From: a virus | Lineage: Duplodnaviria; Caudoviricetes | DNA length: 64,000 nucleotides | Strand: one strand, 5' to 3' | IMG/VR virus record: IMGVR_UViG_642918914_000001 | Span: 1-64,000 of that record | Shown here: positions 55,650-64,000 of the stretch, one piece after another | Numbering within the stretch: position 1 is the first letter of the stretch | Layout of the letters: every line of letters starts with the position of its first letter | Made by a program: the position numbers and the translations under genes | The notes under the pieces: generated by a model | Told to the model about the DNA's origin: nothing | What the model saw: only the letters and a program-made list of their open reading frames with translations | The model's database searches: none

Positions 55650-56480
55650 ATGAATTTCGATACCTATCAACAAGTGGTCGGCCGACTGGCTGGTGAGTTC
55701 GGCGCAACCGGTCTGCCCGACCATCAGTATTTCCAATGGGCGATCGCGCGCATGAACGAGATCTACAGCCTGCCGATCAATCGCTACCCGACGCTGGATC
55801 ACCTGAACGAGAGCCCGCTGGACCGCATCGTCAAGTTCGCCAAGACGCTGCAGGACGAAGTGGACGAAGGCTATGAAATCGCGGCGGCGCTGGCCGTTCG
55901 CCTCAACGTCATCGAGTCGCCGACCAGCGGATGGTCGCGCGAAGACGTGCATCATGTTCTGGTGCGTGCGCATGCAGAAGTCGCCGGCGAGCGTGTGCTC
56001 GACGAGAAGACGCAGACCAAGCTGGTGAACGTGCTGCACAAGGCCATTCATACGCCGCAACACGACGACGGCACGACCGAACTCGACCGCCAAATCCTGG
56101 TGATGATCGCCGACTGGCTTGGTGACGTCAACGTGTACGTACGCAGCGAAGCGCTGAAGTTCGGTATTCCGGTAGAAGCCGTGCACGCCCCAATCATGGG
56201 GTCGAACTTCACGAAGCTGGACGAGAACAACGAGCCGATCAAGAACGCGATGGGCAAAGTGGAGAAGGGTCCGAACTTCGTTCCGCCGGAAGCCCACATC
56301 TACGCAACGCTCTTCGAGTCGGCTTCGCTCAGCGATCAGCTGGACGTCGAGACGCAGAAGCATACCGAGCGCCTGACGACCGCGATGATGGGCTTCGCTG
56401 ATCCAATGGGCGAAGTGCTGGACGCGCAGACGGACGAGGACCAAGAAGACGAAGACGACGGCGCGGACTTCGACTACTGA
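55650..56480 (+). CDS. MazG-like/PRA-PH nucleotide pyrophosphohydrolase
   Basis: EVDE...ADWLGD...SNFTKL...GKVEKGPNF. Confidence 0.75.
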   Translation: MNFDTYQQVVGRLAGEFGATGLPDHQYFQWAIARMNEIYSLPINRYPTLDHLNESPLDRIVKFAKTLQDEVDEGYEIAAALAVRLNVIESPTSGWSREDVHHVLVRAHAEVAGERVLDEKTQTKLVNVLHKAIHTPQHDDGTTELDRQILVMIADWLGDVNVYVRSEALKFGIPVEAVHAPIMGSNFTKLDENNEPIKNAMGKVEKGPNFVPPEAHIYATLFESASLSDQLDVETQKHTERLTTAMMGFADPMGEVLDAQTDEDQEDEDDGADFDY

Positions 56481-56497
56481 TTTTCGCCAAGTCGCAT

Positions 56498-56518
56498 AGG
56501 GACCTTCGGGTCCCTTTC
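56498..56518 (+). terminator. Intrinsic terminator
   Basis: AGGGACC-TTCG-GGTCCCT-TTC. Confidence 0.65.
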
Positions 56519-56572
56519 GTCGTTTGTGGTCCGCAATTTGATGGCAAGTCACAATCCTGTGTGGAACTAACC

Positions 56573-58240
56573 ATGCCAATCAATCCCACCTTGGTCACCG
56601 CCAGTCAGCTTCAGTCTCTGATCCACCTGTTGATGGTGCTGATCGTGGACTATCGGGACAATGGCCCGGAGTCGCGTCCGGACAAAGAGACCGCGGCCGA
56701 ACTGCAACACCTCAAGCCCGCTGTTCAACAGTGGGCGAAGTCGCTTCCGGCGCTGCCAACTGCCTACCTGGCGGCGATCAATGGTGCCAACAAGGCATCG
56801 ACCCTCGCACTGTTGGGTGAAGAGCTGCGTTCGCAGTTCTCGGAATTCCGTGCGAACGAACGCTTCTCCAGCGACGAGTTGGAAGTGCTCCGTGCTTGCA
56901 TCGCGTACCTGCGCACGGACAGCGTTCCCGCACTCAAAAAGCTGGAAAAGATGGCGGGCGTCGCTCATTCGCCGTACGTCAGCAAGCGTATGGTTCCGCA
57001 GGCAGGATCGCAAGACCGCACGAGCGGTGCCCTGCAGTCCCTCGTTCAGCAGATGGTCGGTCGCAATGACACGGCCTTGACTGTGGATGAGGCGAAGCAG
57101 GTCAAGGAACTGCATCCAGACCTGTACAAGGAATATCTGGCCTATCGTCGTGAGCACAATCAGGTGTGGAAAGACACGGCGGTGGCATTCGTGCGGAACT
57201 CTGGCCACAAGGCCGTTCCCTACGAAGACCTCATCGACTATCTGCACGCGAACGGCATCGATCACATGCTGCCAACCGGCTTCACCGGTCTGGTTGACGA
57301 TCGACTGCGCATGTACACGCGTGACGGTCATCTGATCGACGGCGTACCTAACGCCGTGACCTTCCCCTCCGTTGTGATGAATCCGACCTACGGCAAAGCT
57401 GGCGGCGGTGACTACGTGTTCAAGGCTGTGCGCAGTGGCGGACAAGACGGCCCTCCGTTCTACACCGTGGACTTCAAGCGTGCCTCGTCGCGTGCCAAGT
57501 TCGAGAAGGTCGCTGACTTCATGCCTCGCGTCGAAGGCATGCAGAAGAAGTGGTTCAACATGGTGCGCAAGTTCAACGAGCAAGACATCAAGTGCGTGTG
57601 TGCCGTGGTGCTCGAAATCCTGTACGAGTTCAGCGCTCGCATCGGCAGTCTTGGTAACGCGACTGGCGGTCAGTCCACGTTCGGCGTGAGCACGTTGCTG
57701 GTGAAACACGTGCTGGTCAGTCCCAACGGCGACATGGTCCTGCGCTACAAGGGCAAAGATGGTGTGCAAACGCGCCATCGTCTGTCGAAGGCTGATCCGT
57801 TCCAGAAGTTCGTGATCGCCGACATCATGAAGATGCTGCCCGGCAAGAAGCCGAACGATCGTCTGTTCACATACGAGAAGAACGGCAAGTGGATTCCGGT
57901 GAGTGGCGCACAGGTCAACGCGCTGTTCAAGTCCATGGGCGCACCTGAAGGTGTGACCGTCCACAAGCTGCGTACGGTGAAGGGCACGCACGTCTTCAAC
58001 GAGATGATGGAGAAGGTGTTCCAGCGTCCGCCCAAGGATGAGAAGCGGGCAATGGAAATCTACGTCAAGATGACGGAGCAGGTGGGCAAGGTGCTGAATC
58101 ACGTGCGTCGTGGTGCAGGTGGCGACAAGGTGACGGGCACCACGGCACGCGCCAACTACATCGACCCAGAAGCACAGCTCATGTACTGGCGCGAACTGGG
58201 CTTCCGCCCGCCGAAGTTCCTTGAACGCTTCATGGAGTAA
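56573..58240 (+). CDS. DNA topoisomerase IB with long N-terminal extension
   Basis: Catalytic pentad: ARIG, YKGKDG, HKLRT, LNH, ANYIDP; also FGVSTL. Confidence 0.88.
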   Translation: MPINPTLVTASQLQSLIHLLMVLIVDYRDNGPESRPDKETAAELQHLKPAVQQWAKSLPALPTAYLAAINGANKASTLALLGEELRSQFSEFRANERFSSDELEVLRACIAYLRTDSVPALKKLEKMAGVAHSPYVSKRMVPQAGSQDRTSGALQSLVQQMVGRNDTALTVDEAKQVKELHPDLYKEYLAYRREHNQVWKDTAVAFVRNSGHKAVPYEDLIDYLHANGIDHMLPTGFTGLVDDRLRMYTRDGHLIDGVPNAVTFPSVVMNPTYGKAGGGDYVFKAVRSGGQDGPPFYTVDFKRASSRAKFEKVADFMPRVEGMQKKWFNMVRKFNEQDIKCVCAVVLEILYEFSARIGSLGNATGGQSTFGVSTLLVKHVLVSPNGDMVLRYKGKDGVQTRHRLSKADPFQKFVIADIMKMLPGKKPNDRLFTYEKNGKWIPVSGAQVNALFKSMGAPEGVTVHKLRTVKGTHVFNEMMEKVFQRPPKDEKRAMEIYVKMTEQVGKVLNHVRRGAGGDKVTGTTARANYIDPEAQLMYWRELGFRPPKFLERFME

Positions 58241-58251
58241 GGGATGACAAC

Positions 58252-58755
58252 ATGAAGATCAACTCTGCATTCCGATTGCTGGTCACCAGCCACAAACAGG
58301 ACGAGGTGTGGAAGAACGGCGTGCGCGGCTACCACAACGCAGCAGGCGCTGTGATCCTGGCGTTGGACACAGGACGCATCCTTCTGCAGCTACGCGCTGC
58401 TGACAGCGACACGCCTAACACCTATGGTCAGTTCGGCGGATCACTCGACAACAACGAAGATGTGAATGACGGCCTGCGTCGTGAGATTCGAGAAGAGACC
58501 GGCTACGCTGGTCCTCTGAAGATCCGTCCACTCACTCCGTTCCGCGACCCGGCCAAGGGCTTCGTCTACTACAACAATCTTGCAGTGGTACCCAAGGAAT
58601 TCGTGTTTGCGCCGCCTGCGGAATTCGCCAAGGAGAGCGGTGGTCACCTGTGGTTCGATCCTCGTGCTGCGTGGCCTGCTCCGCGACATCCGGGCCTGGA
58701 TTGGCTGATCGAAGAGGGGTCACTGTACAAGGCGCTCGCCTATTTCCTGGGGTAA
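58252..58755 (+). CDS. Nudix hydrolase
   Basis: GG...E...GLRREIREETGY. Confidence 0.88.
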   Translation: MKINSAFRLLVTSHKQDEVWKNGVRGYHNAAGAVILALDTGRILLQLRAADSDTPNTYGQFGGSLDNNEDVNDGLRREIREETGYAGPLKIRPLTPFRDPAKGFVYYNNLAVVPKEFVFAPPAEFAKESGGHLWFDPRAAWPAPRHPGLDWLIEEGSLYKALAYFLG

Positions 58756-58760
58756 CGGAT

Positions 58761-60203
58761 ATGGACAAAGTAGGCAACATCCAGTTGGATGGATTTACCA
58801 AGTATCACAAGCCTGAGGGTAAGATCGTGATCCTCGGGTTTGGCAGCGTTGGGCAGACTGTTCTGCCTATGGTGCTGCGTCACTTCGACATCGATCCAAG
58901 CCGCGTGTTGGTCATCGACAAGAAGTACCACTCGCTGTTCGACAAGTATCGTGGCCTGATCAAGTACCTGAAGATCGAGATCACCCGCGAGAACATGGAC
59001 CAAGTGCTGTCCAAGGTGTTGGAGCCCGGTGACTTCCTGGTCAACGTGTCGCTCAACATCGACGGTATCGAGATCGTCGAGTGGTGCCTGAATCACGGCA
59101 TCATGTACACCGACACCAGTATCGAGCGCTGGCCTGAAGAGCCTGACGAGACGATCAAGGAATATGCCGAGCGCACCCTGTATTCGACGCATCAGGAAAT
59201 CCGCAAGCGCTGTGGCAACAGCAAGGGCAAGGCGACGGCCGTCGTCACCAACGGCGCGAATCCGGGTCTCGTCACGTACTTCACCAAGCAGGCACTGTGC
59301 AACCTTCGACGTCGTGCAAATCTGGGTGGGATCAAACGTGATCCGCAGACGAAAGAGGAATGGGCCGAACTGGCCAAGGCGCTAGACGTCAAGGTCATTC
59401 AGATCGCAGAGCGCGACACGCAGATCCTCAAGCAGCCCAAGGAACCCAACGTGTTCACCAACACGTGGAGTTGTGAGGGCTTCTGGGCTGAAGGTCGCGC
59501 GCCCAGCGAGCTGGGATGGGGCACGCACGAAAATCCGAATGGGCCAGAAGGTGGCAGTCTGCACAAGGAAGGACCGGGTAACGCCGCATTCCTGCATCAG
59601 CCCGGCGTCTCGGTGCTCGTCAAGTCGTGGGTACCTGAAGGCGGCTGCTTCAACGGATTCCTGATCCAGCACAGCGAAGCCGTGACGCTGTCGGACTACC
59701 TGACGACTGCTGATAAGTCGTATCGGCCCACGGTGTACTACGCATATCAGCCGACCGATGCGGCGATGGCTTCTGTTCACGAGATGCGCGGTTCCGAACT
59801 CCGGTTTCACCGGAAGACGCGCATCATGAAGAACAGCATCCTCACGGGCCGTGACGAATTGGGCGTGCTGCTTCTTGGCCACAAGTTCACTGCCTACTGG
59901 TTCGGCAGTCAGCTGACGATCGACGAGGCGCGTACGCTGATTCCAGGCGAGTCTGCTACCAGTCTGCAGGTCGGTGCCAGTCTGCTTGGTGGCATGGTCT
60001 GGGCCTATCGCAATCCTGAGATGGGCTACTGCGAGCCTGAAGACCTGCCGCATACCGAGGTGCTGGCCGTTGCCCGTCAGTATCTGGGGCCGGTTGTGGG
60101 CGTGCGCAGCGATTGGACGCCGCTCCGACATCGCAACACGCTGTATAAGATGGACTACGACGAGAGTGACGTCTGGGCCTTCCCCAATTTCCGCATTCAG
60201 TGA
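58761..60203 (+). CDS. hss: Homospermidine synthase
   Basis: GFGSVG, GANPGLV, NTWSCEGF-EG-PSELGWG, DELGVLL. Confidence 0.93.
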   Translation: MDKVGNIQLDGFTKYHKPEGKIVILGFGSVGQTVLPMVLRHFDIDPSRVLVIDKKYHSLFDKYRGLIKYLKIEITRENMDQVLSKVLEPGDFLVNVSLNIDGIEIVEWCLNHGIMYTDTSIERWPEEPDETIKEYAERTLYSTHQEIRKRCGNSKGKATAVVTNGANPGLVTYFTKQALCNLRRRANLGGIKRDPQTKEEWAELAKALDVKVIQIAERDTQILKQPKEPNVFTNTWSCEGFWAEGRAPSELGWGTHENPNGPEGGSLHKEGPGNAAFLHQPGVSVLVKSWVPEGGCFNGFLIQHSEAVTLSDYLTTADKSYRPTVYYAYQPTDAAMASVHEMRGSELRFHRKTRIMKNSILTGRDELGVLLLGHKFTAYWFGSQLTIDEARTLIPGESATSLQVGASLLGGMVWAYRNPEMGYCEPEDLPHTEVLAVARQYLGPVVGVRSDWTPLRHRNTLYKMDYDESDVWAFPNFRIQ

Positions 60204-60210
60204 GGATCGT

Positions 60211-60627
60211 ATGAAGTACAGTGTAAAGGGTGCGGTGGAACGACTGCGAGTGACTGCCGAATATCTTCCACAGGAAGCCGTCGGCAAGTCAGCGGCGGCG
60301 ATCGCCAAAATCATGGAACCCCATCTCAAGAAGGTGGGGATCGAGTTGGACAAGCCTGCCCCGTTCAAGGACGACAAGGCCGCCATCTACTCGGTCAAGA
60401 GCAGCAAGATCAAGCCCGGAGAAACTGCTTACATCTGGTTCCACGCGAAAGCGCGTGGTGGGCGTGGCATCAACAAGGAACGCAATCTGTCTGCTGGCTT
60501 TGGTGTCCGGAATGAAGCTGGCGAGAATGTGTCTCGGGCCTATGTGCACAATGGACTGCCTCTTCTGTTCATAGCTGCCATCAGCTACGAGGATCTCGGT
60601 GGTCTTTATGAAGACTATCTGAAGTGA
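60211..60627 (+). CDS. Hypothetical protein
   Basis: GAGGA RBS. Confidence 0.7.
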   Translation: MKYSVKGAVERLRVTAEYLPQEAVGKSAAAIAKIMEPHLKKVGIELDKPAPFKDDKAAIYSVKSSKIKPGETAYIWFHAKARGGRGINKERNLSAGFGVRNEAGENVSRAYVHNGLPLLFIAAISYEDLGGLYEDYLK

Positions 60628-60635
60628 GGAGCATC

Positions 60636-61115
60636 ATGCCAACCAGCAAGATCAAGAAGGACAGCCGCGAAGGCAAGGGCAGCGTTAAGTCGCTGGAAAA
60701 GAAGTGGGACGAGGCCGGAGAGAAGACGCCATCCGACGTCGACAATCCGTACGCGTACCAAATGAGTATCTACAAGAACATGACACATCAGGCATCCACC
60801 ATGAACGTTACCGCCGCAGTACAACGATTGGCAGCCACCGAAGTGACCGCCGCTCCCAAGTTCCCGCATCTGGAAAAGCTCGTTGGCAAGCCCGGCGCCG
60901 TCCAGGAAGCGTACGACGATCTGTGCGATCTGGATCATGAGTCCAACGCCAAGAAGATGTTCGCAGCCGCCGAGAAGTGGGCTGCTTCGCCCAAAGCGCA
61001 TGTCTGGAATCAGCTGAAGAACGAAGATCCGGAAGAGTGGTCGGCCGCCGACATGCCGGAAGACGTGATGGACGTCATGGGCTACTTCCACCGCCACGCC
61101 AAGTTCATGCAGTAA
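60636..61115 (+). CDS. Hypothetical protein
   Basis: GAGGAG RBS. Confidence 0.7.
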   Translation: MPTSKIKKDSREGKGSVKSLEKKWDEAGEKTPSDVDNPYAYQMSIYKNMTHQASTMNVTAAVQRLAATEVTAAPKFPHLEKLVGKPGAVQEAYDDLCDLDHESNAKKMFAAAEKWAASPKAHVWNQLKNEDPEEWSAADMPEDVMDVMGYFHRHAKFMQ

Positions 61116-61144
61116 ATAAGGGGTAGACCAACTGGCCTACCACT

Positions 61145-61582
61145 ATGGATCTTGACAACTTCTACATGAGCATCGCCCATCACGCAGCCGACCAAAGCCA
61201 CGCGATTCGTCGCAAGGTCGGCTGCGTGGTTGCCAAAGGCGATCGCATTCTGTCCTATGCTTGGAACGGCATGCCCGCTGGCTTTCATAATGACTGCGAG
61301 CACAGCGTTCTGACCAAGGACCCAGAGACTGGCATTCTCCAATTTCAGCTGCTGACCAAACCCGGAGTCACACACGCGGAAGTCAACGCTATCGGCAAGC
61401 TGGCTGCTGCGGGAATCAGTTGCGCTGGTGCAACGCTGTATCTCACGCTCAGTCCGTGTGTGCCGTGCGCCAATCTCATCCAACGCTCGGGGATCGAGCG
61501 AGTAGTCTACGAAACGCAGTATCGAGATGTTGAGGGGATCAACCTGCTGACAGGTTGTGGGATCGCTGTACAAAAATTCTAA
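61145..61582 (+). CDS. dCMP deaminase
   Basis: KVGCV, WNGMP, HAEVNA, SPCVPCA. Confidence 0.92.
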   Translation: MDLDNFYMSIAHHAADQSHAIRRKVGCVVAKGDRILSYAWNGMPAGFHNDCEHSVLTKDPETGILQFQLLTKPGVTHAEVNAIGKLAAAGISCAGATLYLTLSPCVPCANLIQRSGIERVVYETQYRDVEGINLLTGCGIAVQKF

Positions 61583-61599
61583 CTAGCAACACTGACACT

Positions 61600-61932
61600 A
61601 TGGGCATGCACCATACGACTGCATTGAAGATGCAGAACTGGCAAGAACGCACGAGCGTAGCAGGCGCTAAAGAATGGGCCTGGATCCAGATCAAGGAGGC
61701 GATGGCCGCGCACAAGTTCCCTGAAGCTTGTCGCACTTTGTGGGCCGACAGCTCGGTCACCGTATTCATCAATGCGCGTCGCAGCGTGAAGATCACCGTG
61801 CGCGGTGAAGTGTTCATCGAGCAGCGACTCAACAGCTTCGAGTTCAAAAGCGAGAAGCAGAAACCTCCACACTTCGAAGAGGCGCTCGCCCTCTTCACAT
61901 CCTTGCTGCCTATTGCCAAGACAGCAAGCTGA
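61600..61932 (+). CDS. Hypothetical protein
   Basis: In the gene run. Confidence 0.55.
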   Translation: MGMHHTTALKMQNWQERTSVAGAKEWAWIQIKEAMAAHKFPEACRTLWADSSVTVFINARRSVKITVRGEVFIEQRLNSFEFKSEKQKPPHFEEALALFTSLLPIAKTAS

Positions 61933-61952
61933 TCACCTCCCTTCCAAATTTG

Positions 61953-63230
61953 ATGGTGTCTACCTTAACGGCGGAGGACACCATCGTGCCCGCTATCAGC
62001 AAAAGCAACAACCGGATCCTACCGGCCAACGCGCGAGCGGCTGACGTCGCTGAACGCGCCATCCAAGAAATTATCCCTGTGCAACAGCGTCGCTACTACG
62101 ACGCATTCCGTCCGCAAGGGATCAAGGCGATCGCATATAATCGTCTGCAACAAGGACGTCCGTGCTCGTGTCAAGCTCAACGCAAGACCGTGAACGGACT
62201 TCTGAACGAAGAAGGCAAAGCCAGTCCGGGTCTGATCAATCAGATGCTGACTGGCAATATGAGCTTCAACGTCACGCCGTATGGTCACGATCAGGGCCGT
62301 GCGTATCCAGATGCGGCAGGGGCCGACGGACAGACGAGTCCACTGGCACCAGTCAACAAGAATCAGGGCGTGTTCGACATTGTGACTGCAGGCGGTGAGG
62401 AGTTCCCGTTTGCGCACAGCGTACCTGACGAAGAAGCATTCGGCGACAACGGACCAAGCTCGCCAGTGGACATCGACTCGCTGGTTGCTGACTTCGACGT
62501 GTCGGCCCTTGGATACTCCGACGTCGCCTGCCCAATCTGCTTCGGGAACGGATTCATCGGTGGCTACGCGCCGTTCAACAGCAATCGTATCGTGCTGACG
62601 GTCACCGACTTGGTGCTGATCAACGGGACTATCGACACGACCGAGAAGCCGTTGGTGGCGCGTGACGTTCAAGGCTTCAATCAGAAGGTGGTTCTGCCGC
62701 GAGGGGCGCTGGCCGTCGAATCGTTCACAGTGTGGAACGGATTGCGACCGGTTCCCGCCACCTTCCTCATTGACGGCGTGGCCGTGACCGGGGACGCTGC
62801 GGTGCTCGCTCGCTGCGACGGCAAGCCGCATCTGCTGACCGCGCAGTTCACCGGGGACTTCACGCACCTGGAACTGCAATTCACGATGTCTGATCAAAGC
62901 CTGTACTTTGAGCTGCCGCGTCGTCCGTCGACCAGTGACACCTCGCTGCTGGAACAGATGGAACCGTTCCAGATCATCCTCAGCCCGAACATCCCTCAGG
63001 TCGAGTCGATGGACGTGCTGGTGGAAGCGCAGTATGGCAAGACGCTGGTCGTGCAGAACGTCCATCCGTGGAACAGCCGTCAGCGCAACATTCTCGGATG
63101 GGAATGCCAAGTACGTGTGATCCAACCGCAGGAGATCTACCGCATCCTGCCACAGATGCCGCGTACGCTCAACAAGAATGCCGCCACCATGATGGCGCGC
63201 GACAACCGAACCGGTGTGTATCGCACCTAA
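61953..63230 (+). CDS. Hypothetical protein, possibly virion-associated
   Basis: ~425 aa; CSC and CPICFGNGFIGGY motifs. Confidence 0.65.
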   Translation: MVSTLTAEDTIVPAISKSNNRILPANARAADVAERAIQEIIPVQQRRYYDAFRPQGIKAIAYNRLQQGRPCSCQAQRKTVNGLLNEEGKASPGLINQMLTGNMSFNVTPYGHDQGRAYPDAAGADGQTSPLAPVNKNQGVFDIVTAGGEEFPFAHSVPDEEAFGDNGPSSPVDIDSLVADFDVSALGYSDVACPICFGNGFIGGYAPFNSNRIVLTVTDLVLINGTIDTTEKPLVARDVQGFNQKVVLPRGALAVESFTVWNGLRPVPATFLIDGVAVTGDAAVLARCDGKPHLLTAQFTGDFTHLELQFTMSDQSLYFELPRRPSTSDTSLLEQMEPFQIILSPNIPQVESMDVLVEAQYGKTLVVQNVHPWNSRQRNILGWECQVRVIQPQEIYRILPQMPRTLNKNAATMMARDNRTGVYRT

Positions 63231-63252
63231 TACAACAAACACTCAGACTGAC

Positions 63253-63861
63253 ATGGAATCGATTCAAGCCCTTGAAGTGCCGAAGCTGCGGTACCTGGAC
63301 GACGCTGTTCGCTTTCTAGCGGACATCAAGCTGCACACCACGGCCAGCGGTTGGAAGCGCGTTGAATTCTTCTACGAGAAGTACCGGCTGTTGGAAGCAG
63401 TGGAAGTGCAGGTCAGTCTGCAGTTCCCGGACCGGGGCGGACAGGTTATGGGCGGGTTGCTCACCACTCTGGCACGCCTCAAGCTGCAAGCCGCCGAGCA
63501 GCTCCAGATGCATTTGACTGCTCTCAACGAGGAAGCAGAAGCCAACATCAGTCCGCTGGCGTCGCGCTTCTGCCTGCAGTTGCGTTCCGAACTGCTGAAG
63601 ATGCGTGGCATCGGCCGCTTCATCGCCTCCTATTTGTACCGCGACGGCGCAACGTTCACTCACTACATCCAGTTGGCGGATGTGGGGCGCGCCAATCACG
63701 TGTATATCAGCTGTCACTTGGGGGAGAAGCGCTTCATCAAGCTGGCACACGAATTCGAGCTTCCGCCGTATGTGGCTAAGGACCCCGGACAGGCTGTGGT
63801 CACCGTGGACGATGCGGTGGCCGCCATCCGGCGACTCATCAAAGAGGAATTTGGGAAATGA
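63253..63861 (+). CDS. Hypothetical protein
   Basis: ORF with typical codon usage. Confidence 0.65.
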   Translation: MESIQALEVPKLRYLDDAVRFLADIKLHTTASGWKRVEFFYEKYRLLEAVEVQVSLQFPDRGGQVMGGLLTTLARLKLQAAEQLQMHLTALNEEAEANISPLASRFCLQLRSELLKMRGIGRFIASYLYRDGATFTHYIQLADVGRANHVYISCHLGEKRFIKLAHEFELPPYVAKDPGQAVVTVDDAVAAIRRLIKEEFGK

Positions 63862-64000
63862 AGAAAGCCACTGATCTGTTCCAAACACGTGATCGTGTTG
63901 TGGGACGTCGCGGTGCAAATGGCACTGAGCAACCTCAAGACCAGCCGTACGACAGCATGCAAGTGGATGATGAACTGCCGATCGGCATGTCGCGGGGCAA
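63858..64000 (+). CDS. Partial CDS running off the window end
   Basis: ATGA overlap at 63858; frame open to 64000. Confidence 0.5.
   Translation, partial: MKKATDLFQTRDRVVGRRGANGTEQPQDQPYDSMQVDDELPIGMSRG

Noticed and set aside
32842-63242. Long minus-strand ORFs (e.g. 32842-34407, 40862-42085, 56567-58102, 62019-63242)
   Set aside because: They are antisense shadows of well-supported plus-strand genes in GC-rich DNA.
1-64000. tRNA or rRNA genes
   Set aside because: No cloverleaf or rRNA-like segment was recognised by eye; tRNAscan-SE would settle it.

Overview
This is a 64 kb segment of a large, GC-rich lytic (jumbo-type) phage genome, with genes densely packed and essentially all on the + strand. 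Recognisable genes include NAD+-dependent DNA ligase, topoisomerase IB, RtcB, NadM-Nudix plus NAMPT (NAD+ salvage), homospermidine synthase, a YgiB/YgiC pair, acyl carrier protein, MoxR AAA/VWA, a macrodomain protein, an HD protein, a Nudix hydrolase, dCMP deaminase, a TAXI solute-binding protein and a HigA-like antitoxin. From memory this gene set resembles Ralstonia jumbo phage phiRSL1 and relatives; I have not verified that. The main finding is at 13237-15590. A nuclease-less Nop/IS110-related gene is followed by a ~1.33 kb non-coding array of 37 units with a ~36-nt period. Each unit has two alternating degenerate 8-nt repeats (AGNCACCC-like and AGYGNNCC-like) separated by unique ~10-nt spacers. 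This is the architecture of a TIGR-Tas (TasA-type) RNA-guided system, not CRISPR. The window also holds several repeated regulatory motifs: an early-promoter module with a TGTTG-N8-CAACA palindrome, a Shine-Dalgarno-occluding leader hairpin in 8 copies, a GTAAATAG motif, and twin covarying leaders on the two NAD genes. There is a candidate divergent sigma factor, a PagP-like outer-membrane protein, and local clusters of apparent frameshifts that are probably sequencing indels. All family calls come from motif recognition by eye; no database searches were run.
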